Of a DNA stretch of 64,000 bases, positions 47,961 to 58,036 are shown one piece after another; within the stretch, counting starts at the first letter, position 1; every line of letters starts with the position of its first letter. Made by a program: the position numbers and the translations under genes. The DNA is from Chloroflexota bacterium (lineage in GTDB: Bacteria; Chloroflexota; UBA11872; UBA12225). The stretch spans positions 6,785-70,784 of the forward strand of contig JAUJOR010000016.1 in the NCBI GenBank assembly GCA_030447525.1, given 5' to 3'. The notes under the pieces were generated by a model that ran no database searches, was not told the DNA's origin, and saw nothing but the letters and a program-made list of their open reading frames with translations.

Positions 47961-48917
47961 ATGGCTACCCGACCAGAAGTATTTGTCCCAGCAAGGGCAA
48001 TACCGGCTCCCCACGCGCGCCGCTCTCCGCTGAGCGCCTTCTGGTACCGATGGGGTGTCTACTACCTCTTCATGGCCCCCTTCATGACCATGTTCACCGT
48101 CTTCATCATCGCCCCCGTGCTGGTGGCCATCTACCTATCATTCACCTACTTCAACGTCCTGGAGGCACCGCGCTGGATCGGGTGGAGCAACTACAAGCTC
48201 TTGTTTCTTGAGGACGACGTCTTTATCACGGCCATCGCCAATACCCTGACATTTGCCGTGATCACTGGTCCGGTCGGCTTCTTTATCTCCTTTTTCTTTG
48301 CCTGGTTGATCAACCCGCTGAAGGCCAAGACCGTCCTGGCTTTGTGTTTCTACGCGCCCTCTATCGTGGGCGGCATCGCCATGAGCGTGGTATGGAAGAT
48401 CGTGTTCTCCGGCGACCGCTATGGCTACTTGAACAACTATCTGCTCAATATCGGGGCCATCGACGAGCCGTACCAGTTTCTCTCCGAGCAGGCGTCGATC
48501 ATGCCGGTGATCATGTTCGTTTCCTTGTGGATGGGCATGGGCACCGGGTTCCTGGTGTTCCTCGCCGGCCTGCAGACGGTGAATACCGACCTGTATGAGG
48601 CAGGCAAAGTGGACGGCATCTCCAATCCACTACAGGAGGTGTGGTACATCACCCTGCCGTCGATGAAGCCCCAGCTCCTGTTCGGCTCGGTCATGGCCGT
48701 TGTCGCGGGGTTCTCGGTATTTGAGGTGGCTACGGCGCTGGCCGGCCTACCTAGCCCCTTGTATGCCGGGCACACCATTGTGTCTCACCTGTATGACTAC
48801 GCCTTTATTCGGTTTGAGATGGGCTATGCGGCCACTGTGGCTGTGATTCTGTTTCTCTGGACCTTCGGCCTGGGCCGGCTCCTGTTCCGGATCTTCTCGT
48901 CCAAGAACGAGTACTAG
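47961..48917 (+). CDS. Carbohydrate ABC permease (MalF/UgpA-type)
   Basis: LSFTYFN, IGWSNY, FLAGLQ...LYEAGKVDG (EAA loop), ITLPSMKP. Confidence 0.95.
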   Translation: MATRPEVFVPARAIPAPHARRSPLSAFWYRWGVYYLFMAPFMTMFTVFIIAPVLVAIYLSFTYFNVLEAPRWIGWSNYKLLFLEDDVFITAIANTLTFAVITGPVGFFISFFFAWLINPLKAKTVLALCFYAPSIVGGIAMSVVWKIVFSGDRYGYLNNYLLNIGAIDEPYQFLSEQASIMPVIMFVSLWMGMGTGFLVFLAGLQTVNTDLYEAGKVDGISNPLQEVWYITLPSMKPQLLFGSVMAVVAGFSVFEVATALAGLPSPLYAGHTIVSHLYDYAFIRFEMGYAATVAVILFLWTFGLGRLLFRIFSSKNEY

Positions 48918-49034
48918 CTGGATGCGTGCTATGTTGGGGTTTGACGTGACTATCCCGGTGTGCGGTTCGACAGAAGGATCGGTGATGACGTCTGCGGGCT
49001 TGCGTCCTGGCGTGCATCCTAAGGAGGGTTTGTA

Positions 49035-49940
49035 ATGGCAGTGCTGGCCCGCCCCCGCTCGGTGCCGCGCGTCCCGGTGCTCTTCGGGAGGCGTATCCGG
49101 ATACAGTGGCCTTCGGCACAGTATTTCTTGTTGGTGCCGCTGGCGGTGTTCGCCGTGTTGCCCATCGTGTACGTCATATCCACGGCGTTTAAGCCCCTGG
49201 AAGAGCTGCTGATATTTCCGCCACCCTTCTTCGTCCGTCGGCCCACGATGGACAACTTCCAGGACTTGCTGCTAGCGACGAACGCCCTGGCCGTGCCATT
49301 CTCGCGCTACCTGTTCAACAGCGTCTTCGTCACGCTGACCACGGTGCTCCTACAAGTATTGATCTGCTCGATGTGCGCCTACCCACTGTCTAAGGCGCGG
49401 GGGCTGCCGGGCGCGAACATCGTCTTCGCCATGATTATCGCCGCCTTGATGTTTGCCCCCCAGGTGACCCGCATCCCGCAGTACCTGGTGGTGCAGAAGC
49501 TGGGCATGATCGATACCTATTGGGCCCTGATCGTCCCGGCCCTGGCGTACTCGTACGGACTGTTCATGATGAAGCAGTTCATGGATAACTCGGTAGATAT
49601 GGCGCTGATCGAGGCGGCGCGGATTGATGGGGCGAACGAGTGGACGATCTTCTGGCGGGTGGTGATGCCAAACGTCGCCCCGGCGTGGAACACGCTGCTC
49701 ATCTTCGGCTTTATCCAGCAATGGAACGACTCGTTCAGCCCGCTGGTATTCACGCGCAGCGAGGCGATGAAGACGGTCTCGGTGGCCATGATCTCCCTTA
49801 CCAACGGGCCGGCGACGGTGGCCCGCCTGGGGGCGCAGTCGGCGGCGGCATTCCTGATGACCGCCCCGACCATCATCGTCTTCTTGCTGCGGCAGGCGAA
49901 GGTGATCCAGACCATGGCCCACTCCGGGATCAAGGCCTAG
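49035..49940 (+). CDS. Carbohydrate ABC permease (MalG/UgpE-type)
   Basis: STAFKP, YLFNS, LIEAARIDGA, QWND. Confidence 0.95.
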   Translation: MAVLARPRSVPRVPVLFGRRIRIQWPSAQYFLLVPLAVFAVLPIVYVISTAFKPLEELLIFPPPFFVRRPTMDNFQDLLLATNALAVPFSRYLFNSVFVTLTTVLLQVLICSMCAYPLSKARGLPGANIVFAMIIAALMFAPQVTRIPQYLVVQKLGMIDTYWALIVPALAYSYGLFMMKQFMDNSVDMALIEAARIDGANEWTIFWRVVMPNVAPAWNTLLIFGFIQQWNDSFSPLVFTRSEAMKTVSVAMISLTNGPATVARLGAQSAAAFLMTAPTIIVFLLRQAKVIQTMAHSGIKA

Positions 49941-50090
49941 GCGGGCGCCGCTGCATCAGTCGGCAGTGAGCGGCCGTCCGTGGCACGGGGCCTGGCATGG
50001 CCCGGCGGGGTGAGGTGGTGAGGGATCTAGCAGGAATGGCTGGCCAGGCAGGCAGGCGGATTAGGTAGGGACAACGTGTTGAAGGAGGCG

Positions 50091-51596
50091 ATGATGGCGG
50101 TCGACACAGCGCGGTTCGGCCGGCGGGGCGTCGGTCGTGACCCGAGAGGCTGGCTGCGCGCCGGTGCGGCTGCGCTGCTCTCCCTTAGCTTGATGGTGAC
50201 CACGGTAGCCACGGCCAGCGCTGATCGGGAGTATTCCTGGACGCTGGACAAGGACGGGCAGCAGCTGCGGTCTCCGATGCCATACATCTACGACTTCGAG
50301 GTCGATGGGATGTACAAGCCTTCGGGGACATTCAAGAACCCGGCCGATATCTTCATCGACAAGGAGTACAACGTCTGGATCGCCGACACCGGGAACAACC
50401 GCCTGCTGAAGTTCGACGAGCGGGGGAACTATCTACGGGAGTTCGGTACGGCAGAAGATGAAGGGAAGCTGAACGCCCCGGAAGGGATCTACGTCACCGA
50501 GCGCGGTGACATCTGGGTGGCCGACCGTGGTAACGGGCGGATCGTGCAGTACGCCCCGGACGGGACGTTCTTAAAAGCCCTGGGGAAGCCCCGCTCCCGG
50601 CTGCTGGAAGAGGACCAGGTCTACCAGCCGAACAAGCTGGTGATCGACCGACGGGGCTATATCTACGTCCTGAACGGCGGGGGAGATTACCGCGGGATCT
50701 TCCTGCTGGACTCCGAGGGTGAGTTCCGCGGCTTCTTTGGCGCCAACCGGCTCAGCTTCAACCTGGCGCGCCTGCTCGTGCGGTCATTCACCACGGACGC
50801 GCAGAAGAAGCAGATCTCCAAGGTGCTGCCGACGCACCACGCCAATCTCTTCGTCGATCCGCGGGGCTTCATCTACACCGTTTCGCCCCTGTCCCAGCAA
50901 GATCAGATCAAGAAGCTGAACTCAGTTGGGAACAACGTCTACACCACGAGCGCGAAGGCCTTTGGCGAGCGCGAGCGACGCGGGACGCAGATCGTCAACC
51001 CGCAGTTTGTGGACGTGACGGTAGACGAGCAGGGAATTGTCTCCGCCCTGGACTTCAACAGCGGGCGGATCTACCAGTATGATCAGTCGGCGAATCTCCT
51101 GGCCATCTTCGGCGGCCGGGGAGCCCAGCGGGGCCGGTTCGAGCTCCCGCAGAGCCTGGCCGTAGGGCGCGAAGGACGTATCTTCGTCCTGGACGCAAAC
51201 CGCAATAACATCCAGATTTTCCGGCCCACGGAGTTTGCCAATCTCCTGCACGACGGGAGCAAGCTCTACTTCGACGGCAAGTACAACGAGGCGGCCACGA
51301 TCTGGGAGGAAGTCCTGCGGCGTAACAGCTTCTACGAGCTGGCCCATACGGGCCTGGGCAAGTCGTTCTTCAAGCGCGGTGACTACGTCACGGCGATGGA
51401 GGAATACAAGATCGCGCGGAACAAGGACGGTTACTCACAGGCATTCGGTGAGTGGCGCCACGACTTCCTGCGTGAGAACTTCGGCTGGCTGTTGCCGATG
51501 GTGATCTTTGCCATCTGGGTATTAACCACGGTGATCTCCCGTACGATGAAGCGCGTGATGAGCATGAAGCTTGAGACGGAGGGGGGACCAGCATGA
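50091..51596 (+). CDS. Secreted NHL-repeat beta-propeller protein with TPR and C-terminal TM anchor
   Basis: Signal peptide; FKNPADI...IADTGNNR, LNAPEGI...VADRGNGR repeats; TPR-like EAATIWEEVL...AHTGLGK; C-terminal TM. Confidence 0.9.
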   Translation: MMAVDTARFGRRGVGRDPRGWLRAGAAALLSLSLMVTTVATASADREYSWTLDKDGQQLRSPMPYIYDFEVDGMYKPSGTFKNPADIFIDKEYNVWIADTGNNRLLKFDERGNYLREFGTAEDEGKLNAPEGIYVTERGDIWVADRGNGRIVQYAPDGTFLKALGKPRSRLLEEDQVYQPNKLVIDRRGYIYVLNGGGDYRGIFLLDSEGEFRGFFGANRLSFNLARLLVRSFTTDAQKKQISKVLPTHHANLFVDPRGFIYTVSPLSQQDQIKKLNSVGNNVYTTSAKAFGERERRGTQIVNPQFVDVTVDEQGIVSALDFNSGRIYQYDQSANLLAIFGGRGAQRGRFELPQSLAVGREGRIFVLDANRNNIQIFRPTEFANLLHDGSKLYFDGKYNEAATIWEEVLRRNSFYELAHTGLGKSFFKRGDYVTAMEEYKIARNKDGYSQAFGEWRHDFLRENFGWLLPMVIFAIWVLTTVISRTMKRVMSMKLETEGGPA

Positions 51597-52426
51597 CCGC
51601 CCGCTCGATTCCGGCCGTTGCTACTCCGGCGGTACCGCGCCGACGTGTAGCGCGCCCTGGTGCGGGACGCGCCGGGACGGCGGCGCGCTGGCGTGCCGCC
51701 GCCGGGCGTGTGCGGTGGTACCTGACCAAGTGGTTCCGCCAGATGCTGTTCGTCCTGACGCATCCGACTGAGGCGTTCTGGGAGCTGAAGCGCACGGGAG
51801 ACTGGGCGTCCGTTGCCTTCCTGGTGTTCCTGGCGGTCATGGCGCGCATGTTGCTCATGAGCTTCATGAGCTTCCACTACATCTTCCAAGGCGTGGAGCG
51901 GACGAAGTGGAATCTCGAACGCGTCATGCAGCAGTTCACCGCCACGATGACGCTGGGCATGACCAACTTCATCTACAACGGTAACCCAGAGGACACCTCG
52001 GTCATCCAGGAGGCCCTGCGCATCTTGATCCCCTTCGTGACCTGGTGCCTGGCGCACTACGCCATCGCCATGATCTTTTACGGTGAAGGGGGCCTGCGCG
52101 ACATTATGGTGTCGGCCGCCTTTTCCCTTTCCCCTTACATTTTCTTCTCCTGGCCGGCGTCTCTGATCCTGACCAACGTGACCACCCTGGCGGAGCGTTC
52201 GCTGTACTTTAGTATCAGTTGGCTGGTCAACTTGTGGGTCTTCTACTTATTCTTGACCCATATCCGCATCATTCACGACTTTACATTCAAACGCACGGTG
52301 GCAACGTACATCATCTCGCTGATCACGGTAATCATCATCTGGTCGCTGGTGGCTCTGGTGTATGCCCTGACCAGCAACACGTACGAGTTCTTCTACGAGC
52401 TGTTCTACGAGTTGACCACGCGCTAG
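51593..52426 (+). CDS. YIP1-family membrane protein
   Basis: HPTEAFWELK, GEGGLRDI, SLSPYI, IHDFT; 5 TMs; ATGA overlap with the NHL gene. Confidence 0.85.
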   Translation: MTARSIPAVATPAVPRRRVARPGAGRAGTAARWRAAAGRVRWYLTKWFRQMLFVLTHPTEAFWELKRTGDWASVAFLVFLAVMARMLLMSFMSFHYIFQGVERTKWNLERVMQQFTATMTLGMTNFIYNGNPEDTSVIQEALRILIPFVTWCLAHYAIAMIFYGEGGLRDIMVSAAFSLSPYIFFSWPASLILTNVTTLAERSLYFSISWLVNLWVFYLFLTHIRIIHDFTFKRTVATYIISLITVIIIWSLVALVYALTSNTYEFFYELFYELTTR

Positions 52427-52502
52427 GCTGCCGGGTGCTGGGAAAACGCACCGTCGGCTATGAGTTGGGCATAGGCCCCGGAAGATGCAAGGAGTCACGT
52501 CC

Positions 52503-54863
52503 ATGAGGCGTCGGTTGTTGTCGCTGGCGGCGGGTGCCGCCCTGCTCTTCCCGGTAGTGCTGGCCCCCGCCGGGGCCGGCGCAGCCGGGGCGCGGCTTGT
52601 CCCGGCGGCCGGCCCGGCCGCGCCGGCCCCGGCTGCGGCGGGAGCGACGCTCCAGTCTGTCGTGTCCGCGCCGAACCCGCAGGTGCCCGGGGAGTACGAG
52701 CCGGTGGCGGAAACGCCCGGCCTGCGCATGTATGTGAATCGCGCGGACTCGAAGTTGATCGTCGAAGATCGACGCAACGGGAAGTTGTGGTCGAGCAATC
52801 CATTGCGTCCGCTGAGTGACCAGAAGACAATCCTGGACGATGCAGTTTTCCAGCTCAACTACACCAACGCCCGGCGCCAGATGACGAATCTGGCCAGTTC
52901 GGCGTCGGAGAGGCCGGAGCTGTCGTTCCAGAACATCCAGAACGGCGTTCGTGTCATCTATGACATTCAGAAGCTCAAGCTGAAGATCACGGCGGACTAC
53001 TCCTTGAAGGAGGAGCCGCGGGTCGACGGGCAGGGGACGGTGGGCTACCTGGAGGTGACCATTCCGGAAGGTGGGGTGCAGGAAGGGGGCGACTGCTCGT
53101 CGCCGACGAGCACCTCCTGCTTCATGGTGGTGACGTTGGAGCTCTTGCCCCTGTTCGGCGCCGCGCCGATAGGGAGTGAAGGCTACCTGATGGTCCCTGA
53201 CGAGTCCGGGGCTATTGTCACCTTCAAGCCCGAGTACCCTCAATACCGGCAGCGCTACTCGGCCACCATCTACGGGGCCGACGCCGCCGCGCAGGCCTTT
53301 CAGACCGGCTCAGGCAGCACCTTCCGTAACGATCGGCCGCGTATGCCTCTCTGGGGCCTGAAGGAGGGGGACGCCGCCTATGCCGGGATTGTGACCAAGG
53401 GGCAGTTCCAGGCCAACATCAACGGCTACCTGGCCGGATACATCACGAACGCCAATCGCGCTTCGACGGAGTTCATCTTCCGGCGTCAGGCCTCCATCCC
53501 GCGCCGCCGGACGCTGTTCGTCAACCGTATCGAGGACAACCTGATACCCGGCGACCGACAGGTGCGCTACGTCCTGCTGAACGGGGAGGACGCCAACTAC
53601 GCCGGGATGGCCAAGGCGTACCGCGACTACCTCATGAAGTCGCGGGGGATGAAGAAGCTCCCGGATCAGCCGGCACGGCCATTGATCGACCTCTACATGG
53701 GCGCCCTGCGTCGGTCGTCTTTCCGCGATGACTTCCTGCCTATGACCACGTTCGATCAAGGCATCTCCATCATGCAGTCCTTCCTGGATCGGGGGGTCAA
53801 GGACTTTGACGTTCAGCTGATCGGCTGGAATGACGGGGGGGAGCGGGGCTACTGGCCCCGTCGTTACCCCGCAGAGGAGGAGCTCGGCGGCAACGCCGGG
53901 CTACGCCGGCTGACGGATTTCGCCCACAAGAACGGCCTGCGCGTCTACCTCCAGGACAATTACTTGTACGGCTACACGATCTCTTCGGGGGGGATCTTCG
54001 GCCAGATCCCCATCGTGCGTAACATCTGGCCCAACTGGAGCTACGGCTTCAATACCCGCTTCGACACGATGCGCGGGGTGAACAAGCTCCCGGTGTTCTC
54101 AGGTAGCCGCACCGGTGGGAGCACCAATATCGGCTTCTATCTCATCAACCCGATCGTTTCCCGCCAGAGCTACGTCGAGCGGGACTACCCGAAGCACAAG
54201 TCGCTCGGCGCGGACGGCGTCAGTCTGTTGCTGATGGGCACCATCATCGCCTCGGACACCAATGAGCGCTACCCGCTCAGCCGTGAGGGTGTGGCCGAGG
54301 AATGGATGAAGATGGCGGATCGTTCTCGGGAGCTGCTGGGCGGGGCTATCGTCACCGGATCAAACGACTACGTCCTGGGGCGCACAGATCGGGTGTATGA
54401 CGCCCCGGTGGACAGCACGGATGCCTTCGGTGATGTGGCGGTGCCGGTGTACCACATCGCCACTCAGGGCCTGGTCGTACGCAACACGTTCGCCGTGAAT
54501 CTCCGCAACGACCCCAAGACCGAGATCCTGCGACAGATCGAGTGGGGGATGCAGCCAGTGTACATGCTGACTAGCCAGCCCACGGCCGACCTTATCCGTA
54601 CCGGCTTCAATCGCCTCTACAGCGGCGAGGCTTCGGAATGGCTCGAGCCCGCGGCCAACGAATACAAGCAGATGCGTGATGAGTTCGGGTACCTCAGCGG
54701 GAAGTTCATCACCAACCATGAGATCCTTGCCCCGCGCGTCAATCGCGTAACCTACGAAGACGGCTCACAGGTGACCGTGAACTACAACCCCGTGCCGTAC
54801 GAAGGCCCCGGTGGACGGGTCGATGCCTTTGGATACACCCTCCGCAAGGGCGGCGGTCGCTGA
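52503..54863 (+). CDS. DUF5696-like secreted protein
   Basis: Signal MRRRLLSLAAG...; WSSNP, LLPLFGA, GYLMVPDESGA, YAGMAKAYR, MTTFDQ, GWNDGG, LGG..GL, HEIL...V..VTYEDG...VNY. Confidence 0.8.
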   Translation: MRRRLLSLAAGAALLFPVVLAPAGAGAAGARLVPAAGPAAPAPAAAGATLQSVVSAPNPQVPGEYEPVAETPGLRMYVNRADSKLIVEDRRNGKLWSSNPLRPLSDQKTILDDAVFQLNYTNARRQMTNLASSASERPELSFQNIQNGVRVIYDIQKLKLKITADYSLKEEPRVDGQGTVGYLEVTIPEGGVQEGGDCSSPTSTSCFMVVTLELLPLFGAAPIGSEGYLMVPDESGAIVTFKPEYPQYRQRYSATIYGADAAAQAFQTGSGSTFRNDRPRMPLWGLKEGDAAYAGIVTKGQFQANINGYLAGYITNANRASTEFIFRRQASIPRRRTLFVNRIEDNLIPGDRQVRYVLLNGEDANYAGMAKAYRDYLMKSRGMKKLPDQPARPLIDLYMGALRRSSFRDDFLPMTTFDQGISIMQSFLDRGVKDFDVQLIGWNDGGERGYWPRRYPAEEELGGNAGLRRLTDFAHKNGLRVYLQDNYLYGYTISSGGIFGQIPIVRNIWPNWSYGFNTRFDTMRGVNKLPVFSGSRTGGSTNIGFYLINPIVSRQSYVERDYPKHKSLGADGVSLLLMGTIIASDTNERYPLSREGVAEEWMKMADRSRELLGGAIVTGSNDYVLGRTDRVYDAPVDSTDAFGDVAVPVYHIATQGLVVRNTFAVNLRNDPKTEILRQIEWGMQPVYMLTSQPTADLIRTGFNRLYSGEASEWLEPAANEYKQMRDEFGYLSGKFITNHEILAPRVNRVTYEDGSQVTVNYNPVPYEGPGGRVDAFGYTLRKGGGR

Positions 54864-54896
54864 GCTCGGGATACTGCGAGGAGGACACATATAGTC

Positions 54897-55859
54897 ATGA
54901 AGATGCGCGTTACCCGCAAGGAACCGCAGCTTGCCGTGGCCGGCGCCGGCGTCGGGGATACGGCCGCGACGGCGCCGGTGCGGCGCCGTCGCCGGATGAC
55001 ACTGAGCGTCCAGCGGACGCTCGAGGGATACTTCTTCGTCTCCCCCTGGGTGCTCGGCTTCATCGTCTTTCTGGCCTGGCCCTTGTTCCAGAGCTTCTTC
55101 CTGAGCTTTCACGAGCTCCAGGCCACCTCCCTGAGCGATCTGAAATTCCGGGGCATTGACAACTACAAAGAAGCATTCTTTATCGATGCCCGCTTCTTAC
55201 CCCGGCTGAGGGACACCCTGCAGCAGAATCTGCTCGACGTTCCGGTGATCATGATCTTCAGTCTTTTCAGCGCCATCCTGGCCAACCAGAAGATCAAGGG
55301 GGTGATGGGCTTCCGGGCCGTTTTCTTCCTGCCCCTGGTGATTGGCTCGGCCCAGGTGATCCAGCAGCTCTTCAGCCAGGGTGTGGGTGGCGCCGTCCTC
55401 AGCCGGGGAGTGAACGTTCAGGAGCTAGCCTTCCAGTACCTGGGACCGGACGCCGCATCCGGTGTCGAGCAGTTGCTCAACCGGCTACTGTTCGTGCTCT
55501 GGAAGACGGGCGTGCAGATGCTGATCTTTCTGGCCGGGTTGAATAGCGTCTCCCCAGTACTCTATGAGGCGGCGCGCGTTGATGGCGCCACCGACTGGGA
55601 CCGGTTCTGGAAGGTAACGCTGCCCCTCTTGTCACCGGTCATTCTCGTGAACCTCGTCTACACTATCGTCGACTCCTTCACGGACACGTTCAACCAGGTA
55701 CTGCAGTACATCCAGCAGACGGCCTTTGCCGGGGGCTTCCGCCTTGGATACGCCGCCTCCCTTGGCTGGATCTACTTCGCCATCGTGTTCATCATCCTCG
55801 CCACCGTCGTGCGAGTCACAAACCGCTACGTCTTCTATGCCGGCGAACGGAACTCGTAG
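54897..55859 (+). CDS. Carbohydrate ABC permease (MalF-type)
   Basis: GYFFVSPW, FRAVFFLP, FLAGL...LYEAARVDGA, VTLPLLSP. Confidence 0.95.
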   Translation: MKMRVTRKEPQLAVAGAGVGDTAATAPVRRRRRMTLSVQRTLEGYFFVSPWVLGFIVFLAWPLFQSFFLSFHELQATSLSDLKFRGIDNYKEAFFIDARFLPRLRDTLQQNLLDVPVIMIFSLFSAILANQKIKGVMGFRAVFFLPLVIGSAQVIQQLFSQGVGGAVLSRGVNVQELAFQYLGPDAASGVEQLLNRLLFVLWKTGVQMLIFLAGLNSVSPVLYEAARVDGATDWDRFWKVTLPLLSPVILVNLVYTIVDSFTDTFNQVLQYIQQTAFAGGFRLGYAASLGWIYFAIVFIILATVVRVTNRYVFYAGERNS

Positions 55860-55889
55860 GACCCCGCAGCGCATCTTGGAGGTAACGCT

Positions 55890-56831
55890 ATGGCAGTCGT
55901 TTCCCAACAGTGGGTCCAGCGTCGTCCGGTCTGGCTGCGGGACACCCAGGTGTTCCGCCGGCGCGCGGTTACGTTTATCCAGCGTGCCTTTACGTATATC
56001 GTGCTCATCGATATCGCCTTCGTCTTCCTCGTCCCGATCTTCTACATCCTGGCCACATCCCTCAAGACAGCCCAGGACTTGACTGATCCGACCATCGTCT
56101 GGATCCCCTCCGGGTTCTTCTGGATCAACTACCCCCTGGCCTTCCTGGCCATGAACTACCCTCGGTCCCTATCTAACAGCCTGTGGATCTCATTAGGTTC
56201 GGCCTTTGGGCAAACGGTCAGCTGCGCCTTCGTCGGCTATGGCTTCGCCCGGATTCGCTTTCCTGGGCGCGACCTACTCTTTGCCCTCGTCCTTTTCACC
56301 TTCCTCGTCCCACCACAGACGATCATTGTCCCTTTGTTCATTCTGTACAAGAACCTGGGGTGGATCAACTCCTATAACCCGTTCATCGTCCCTAGCTTCT
56401 TCGGTCATGGTCTGAAGGGCGCCTTGTTCGTGGTCGTGTTCCGCCAGTTCTTCAAGACCCAGCCCTGGGAGCTCGAGGAAGCGGCCCGCATCGACGGGGC
56501 CTCCGCCTTCGCCACCTGGTGGCGCATCATGCTCCCCATGTCCACGGCGGCCATCGTCGTCGTCTTCCTCTTCAGCGTGGTGTGGCACTGGAACGACTTT
56601 TTCGAGCCTTTCATCTACCTGAACCGCATGGAGCATTTCACCCTGCCCATGCGCCTCTCGGTGCTCTCCCCTTCATTGGATCAAGTGACCGGCGGACAAG
56701 CGGGTGACCTGTTCAACGAGGCGCTGGTGATGGCCGCCGTCTTCCTGGTGATCCTTCCGCCCCTGGCGATCTACATGTTCACCCAGCGCTTCTTCGTGGA
56801 GTCGATCGACCGTACTGGCCTGGTGGAGTGA
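55890..56831 (+). CDS. Carbohydrate ABC permease (MalG-type)
   Basis: GYGFAR..FPGR, ELEEAARIDGA, WHWNDF, QRFFVES. Confidence 0.95.
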   Translation: MAVVSQQWVQRRPVWLRDTQVFRRRAVTFIQRAFTYIVLIDIAFVFLVPIFYILATSLKTAQDLTDPTIVWIPSGFFWINYPLAFLAMNYPRSLSNSLWISLGSAFGQTVSCAFVGYGFARIRFPGRDLLFALVLFTFLVPPQTIIVPLFILYKNLGWINSYNPFIVPSFFGHGLKGALFVVVFRQFFKTQPWELEEAARIDGASAFATWWRIMLPMSTAAIVVVFLFSVVWHWNDFFEPFIYLNRMEHFTLPMRLSVLSPSLDQVTGGQAGDLFNEALVMAAVFLVILPPLAIYMFTQRFFVESIDRTGLVE

Positions 56832-56871
56832 TCCCGGACCGGTAGCAAAACTCCAGGTCCTGGTCCCAAGT

Positions 56872-56907
56872 ATCGACTTCTCAGAGATCCACCTCTGAGA
56901 AGTCGAT
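56872..56907. terminator. 15-bp perfect hairpin after the ABC operon (possible terminator or processing stem)
   Basis: ATCGACTTCTCAGAG-atccac-CTCTGAGAAGTCGAT; no clear U-tract. Confidence 0.5.
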
Positions 56908-57499
56908 CATCAAGGCCCGCGCAGGGGCGCGATAGCAACTAACAGGTGCGGCCGTCAGCCCCTCTGTGATGAGAGGAGGGGCCGCCGGCCGCACCTGTGT
57001 GGCGATCGTAGAAGGGGAGAGGGACTTGACCTGGTCCAGGCCGTCCCGTGGCTCTGCGATCGCCTGGCTGCAGGCGGGCGACGGGGCCTCTCCTGCCTGC
57101 AGCCAGGCGATGGGGCCTATATGAACGCCTCGCCTGCCATCTGCAGATGGATGGGCCGTGTTGACCCGAGCTGTATGGCTGCGCCCCACCCCCGGCCGGG
57201 TACAACCCCCTGCCGGGTACAACCCGCTATAACCCCCGGAGCGTCGCACTAGTGCGACTGACGCAGGACGTCAGGCTTGCGGGTGGCGATCAGGACCGGC
57301 AGACAGCTCCCATCACCGGGCCATCGGCATGGCTTCACTCGCTCCCCCTGGGAGGAAGCTACCCAACAGGTTCACCGTAGTCACGCCCCACCGGGTAACG
57401 CACCTGAGCCGGCAACGGATCGGAGATAGGACCTGATCATCAGGCATACAGCGGTTCCGTTGCCTCCAGGTGCGACCGGCATGATCCCGGCATGACCCG

Positions 57500-58036
57500 C
57501 TAGCAGTTGATCGTCGGGCTAGGTGCGGCTGTCTGCCCTCCGGGCGTTGTCGCGCCGGCTACGGTGGGGCTGCGCACCGCCCCCAGGGCCGGGCTGGGCG
57601 TTGCGGTACAACGCGGCGTGGCCGTCGCGGCCGCGCCCACGGTGGGGACCTGCGCTGTGGTGGGCGACGCAGGGGCCTGCGCCGCCGGTGCAGCGACCGT
57701 TGCCTGCGAAGCGAGCGTGGGCCCGGGCGCCGCCGGCGCTTGCCTTACCGCGGTCGCGGCCGCCGGCGCCGCCCCGCCCGTGATAGGGGCCGCCGTGGTG
57801 GGCGCGGCCGCCGAGCGGGTCGGCGCACCCGCCAGGGCCCCTGCCGTGGGTGATGGCCGACCTGCATCCACGGCCACGTTTACGTCTGTGGGGCGCGACC
57901 CCGCGCGACTGGCCAGCAGTCCGATCAGCCCCAACAACAGCACGGCGGCGATGCCGCCCAGCGTGTAGATCGTCATGCGGCGCCGGCGCGCCTCGGGAGA
58001 CTCCCCAGTGGGTGGATTGACGTTGATTTGACTCAT
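57500..58036 (-). CDS. Hypothetical membrane-anchored Ala/Pro/Thr-rich protein
   Basis: SD-like GAGGGA then MSQINV; RRRR followed by a TM and a low-complexity tail containing two Cys. Confidence 0.65.
   Translation of the reverse strand: MSQINVNPPTGESPEARRRRMTIYTLGGIAAVLLLGLIGLLASRAGSRPTDVNVAVDAGRPSPTAGALAGAPTRSAAAPTTAAPITGGAAPAAATAVRQAPAAPGPTLASQATVAAPAAQAPASPTTAQVPTVGAAATATPRCTATPSPALGAVRSPTVAGATTPGGQTAAPSPTINC

Noticed and set aside
57468-57490. GTGCGACCGGCATG resembling a group II intron 5' end
   Set aside because: No domain V/VI or reverse transcriptase follows; the sequence is one arm of a local hairpin
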